A stretch of 64,000 nt of DNA, taken from positions 204,912,001-204,976,000 of the forward strand of contig NC_086097.1 of assembly GCF_963921235.1 (NCBI RefSeq). Reading direction: 5' to 3'. Positions 63,370 to 64,000 of the stretch are shown in pieces; position 1 is the first letter of the stretch; each line of letters starts with the position of its first letter. The DNA comes from Mobula hypostoma (taxonomy: Eukaryota). The notes beneath the pieces were generated by a model, which saw nothing but the letters and a program-made list of their open reading frames with translations, ran no database searches and was not told the origin of the DNA. A program made the position numbers and the translations under genes.

Positions 63370-64000
63370 TTTCTTTACTGTCCGGATACTCCAGAGATGT
63401 GTTTAGGCCAGGTAGAAGGTTTTTGCTGTAGACCTGTTTTGGCAGTAGGCAAATCTCTGTGCGCAGATGTTGTCTGTAAGGCTAAAGTTAATGCCATGAT
63501 CAGTTTCTTGAAGCACTTTGTGATAGTGGATGTCAGAGCCATTGGGTGATATTCAGTAAGGCACATCATCATAGGTTCCAGGATAATAGTAGTCTTCTTA
63601 AAACATGTCGGAACCTCAGATTGAAGCTTGGAGAGGTTGTAAATGTCTGCTGACTGCTCTGCATAGCATCCATGCCAGATACTTTCCGTGGGTTCACTCT
63701 CTGGAAGACTGATCTTATAGCTGCAATGGTAATTGTGGGTTCAGGTGCCTTGGAGGTGGCCAAGGTGGGTGATGATATTCTAACTCCCTTCTGTTCAAAA
63801 CACGCATAGAATGCATTAAGCTAATTGGGAAATGATGTGCTGCTACCTGACCTCATTTTGTAGCCAGCTATGATAACTAAGACCTGCCTCAACTGATGGC
63901 TGGTGTGGGACTTGACTTAGGACTCGTATTGCTCTTAGCATCACTGATAGTTTTACTGAGATCGAATCCTGATTTCTTGCAGAGGTCAAGATCACCTGAT
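63370..64000 (-). mobile_element. Decayed Rex1/Babar RT fragment (runs off the window end)
   Basis: FQRVNPRKVSG.D; EYHPMALTSTITKCFKKL. Confidence 0.7.

Overview
This is eukaryotic, repeat-dense, non-coding DNA with no recognisable intact host gene, so it is probably a large intron or intergenic region. It is very likely from a cartilaginous fish (ray or shark); this is inferred from the mix of CR1 LINEs, HE1/V-SINE-like SINEs, Rex1/Babar LINEs and Penelope-like elements. Almost all ORFs in the track are transposon fragments or their antisense frames. The window contains many CR1 and Rex1/Babar fragments, an R4/Dong-type LINE next to a (TAA)n tract, RTE and L2 remnants, tRNA-derived SINEs, an IR/DR Tc1 element plus short Tc1 derivatives, a TA-flanked MITE with a nested solo LTR, a second solo LTR, a KIAA1586-like hAT remnant and an old decayed 23-bp tandem array. 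The most interesting signal is a family of Penelope-like elements (PLEs) and short derivatives carrying minimal type I hammerhead ribozyme (HHR) motifs; four have intact catalytic cores. One intact HHR sits directly at the end of a ~3.95-kb, ~92-copy 43-bp tandem array. The array unit is the sequence immediately upstream of the ribozyme, and the array plus ribozyme is flanked by an 8-bp direct repeat. All family calls come from motif recognition by eye, not database searches. Boundaries not anchored by target-site duplications (TSDs) are approximate.
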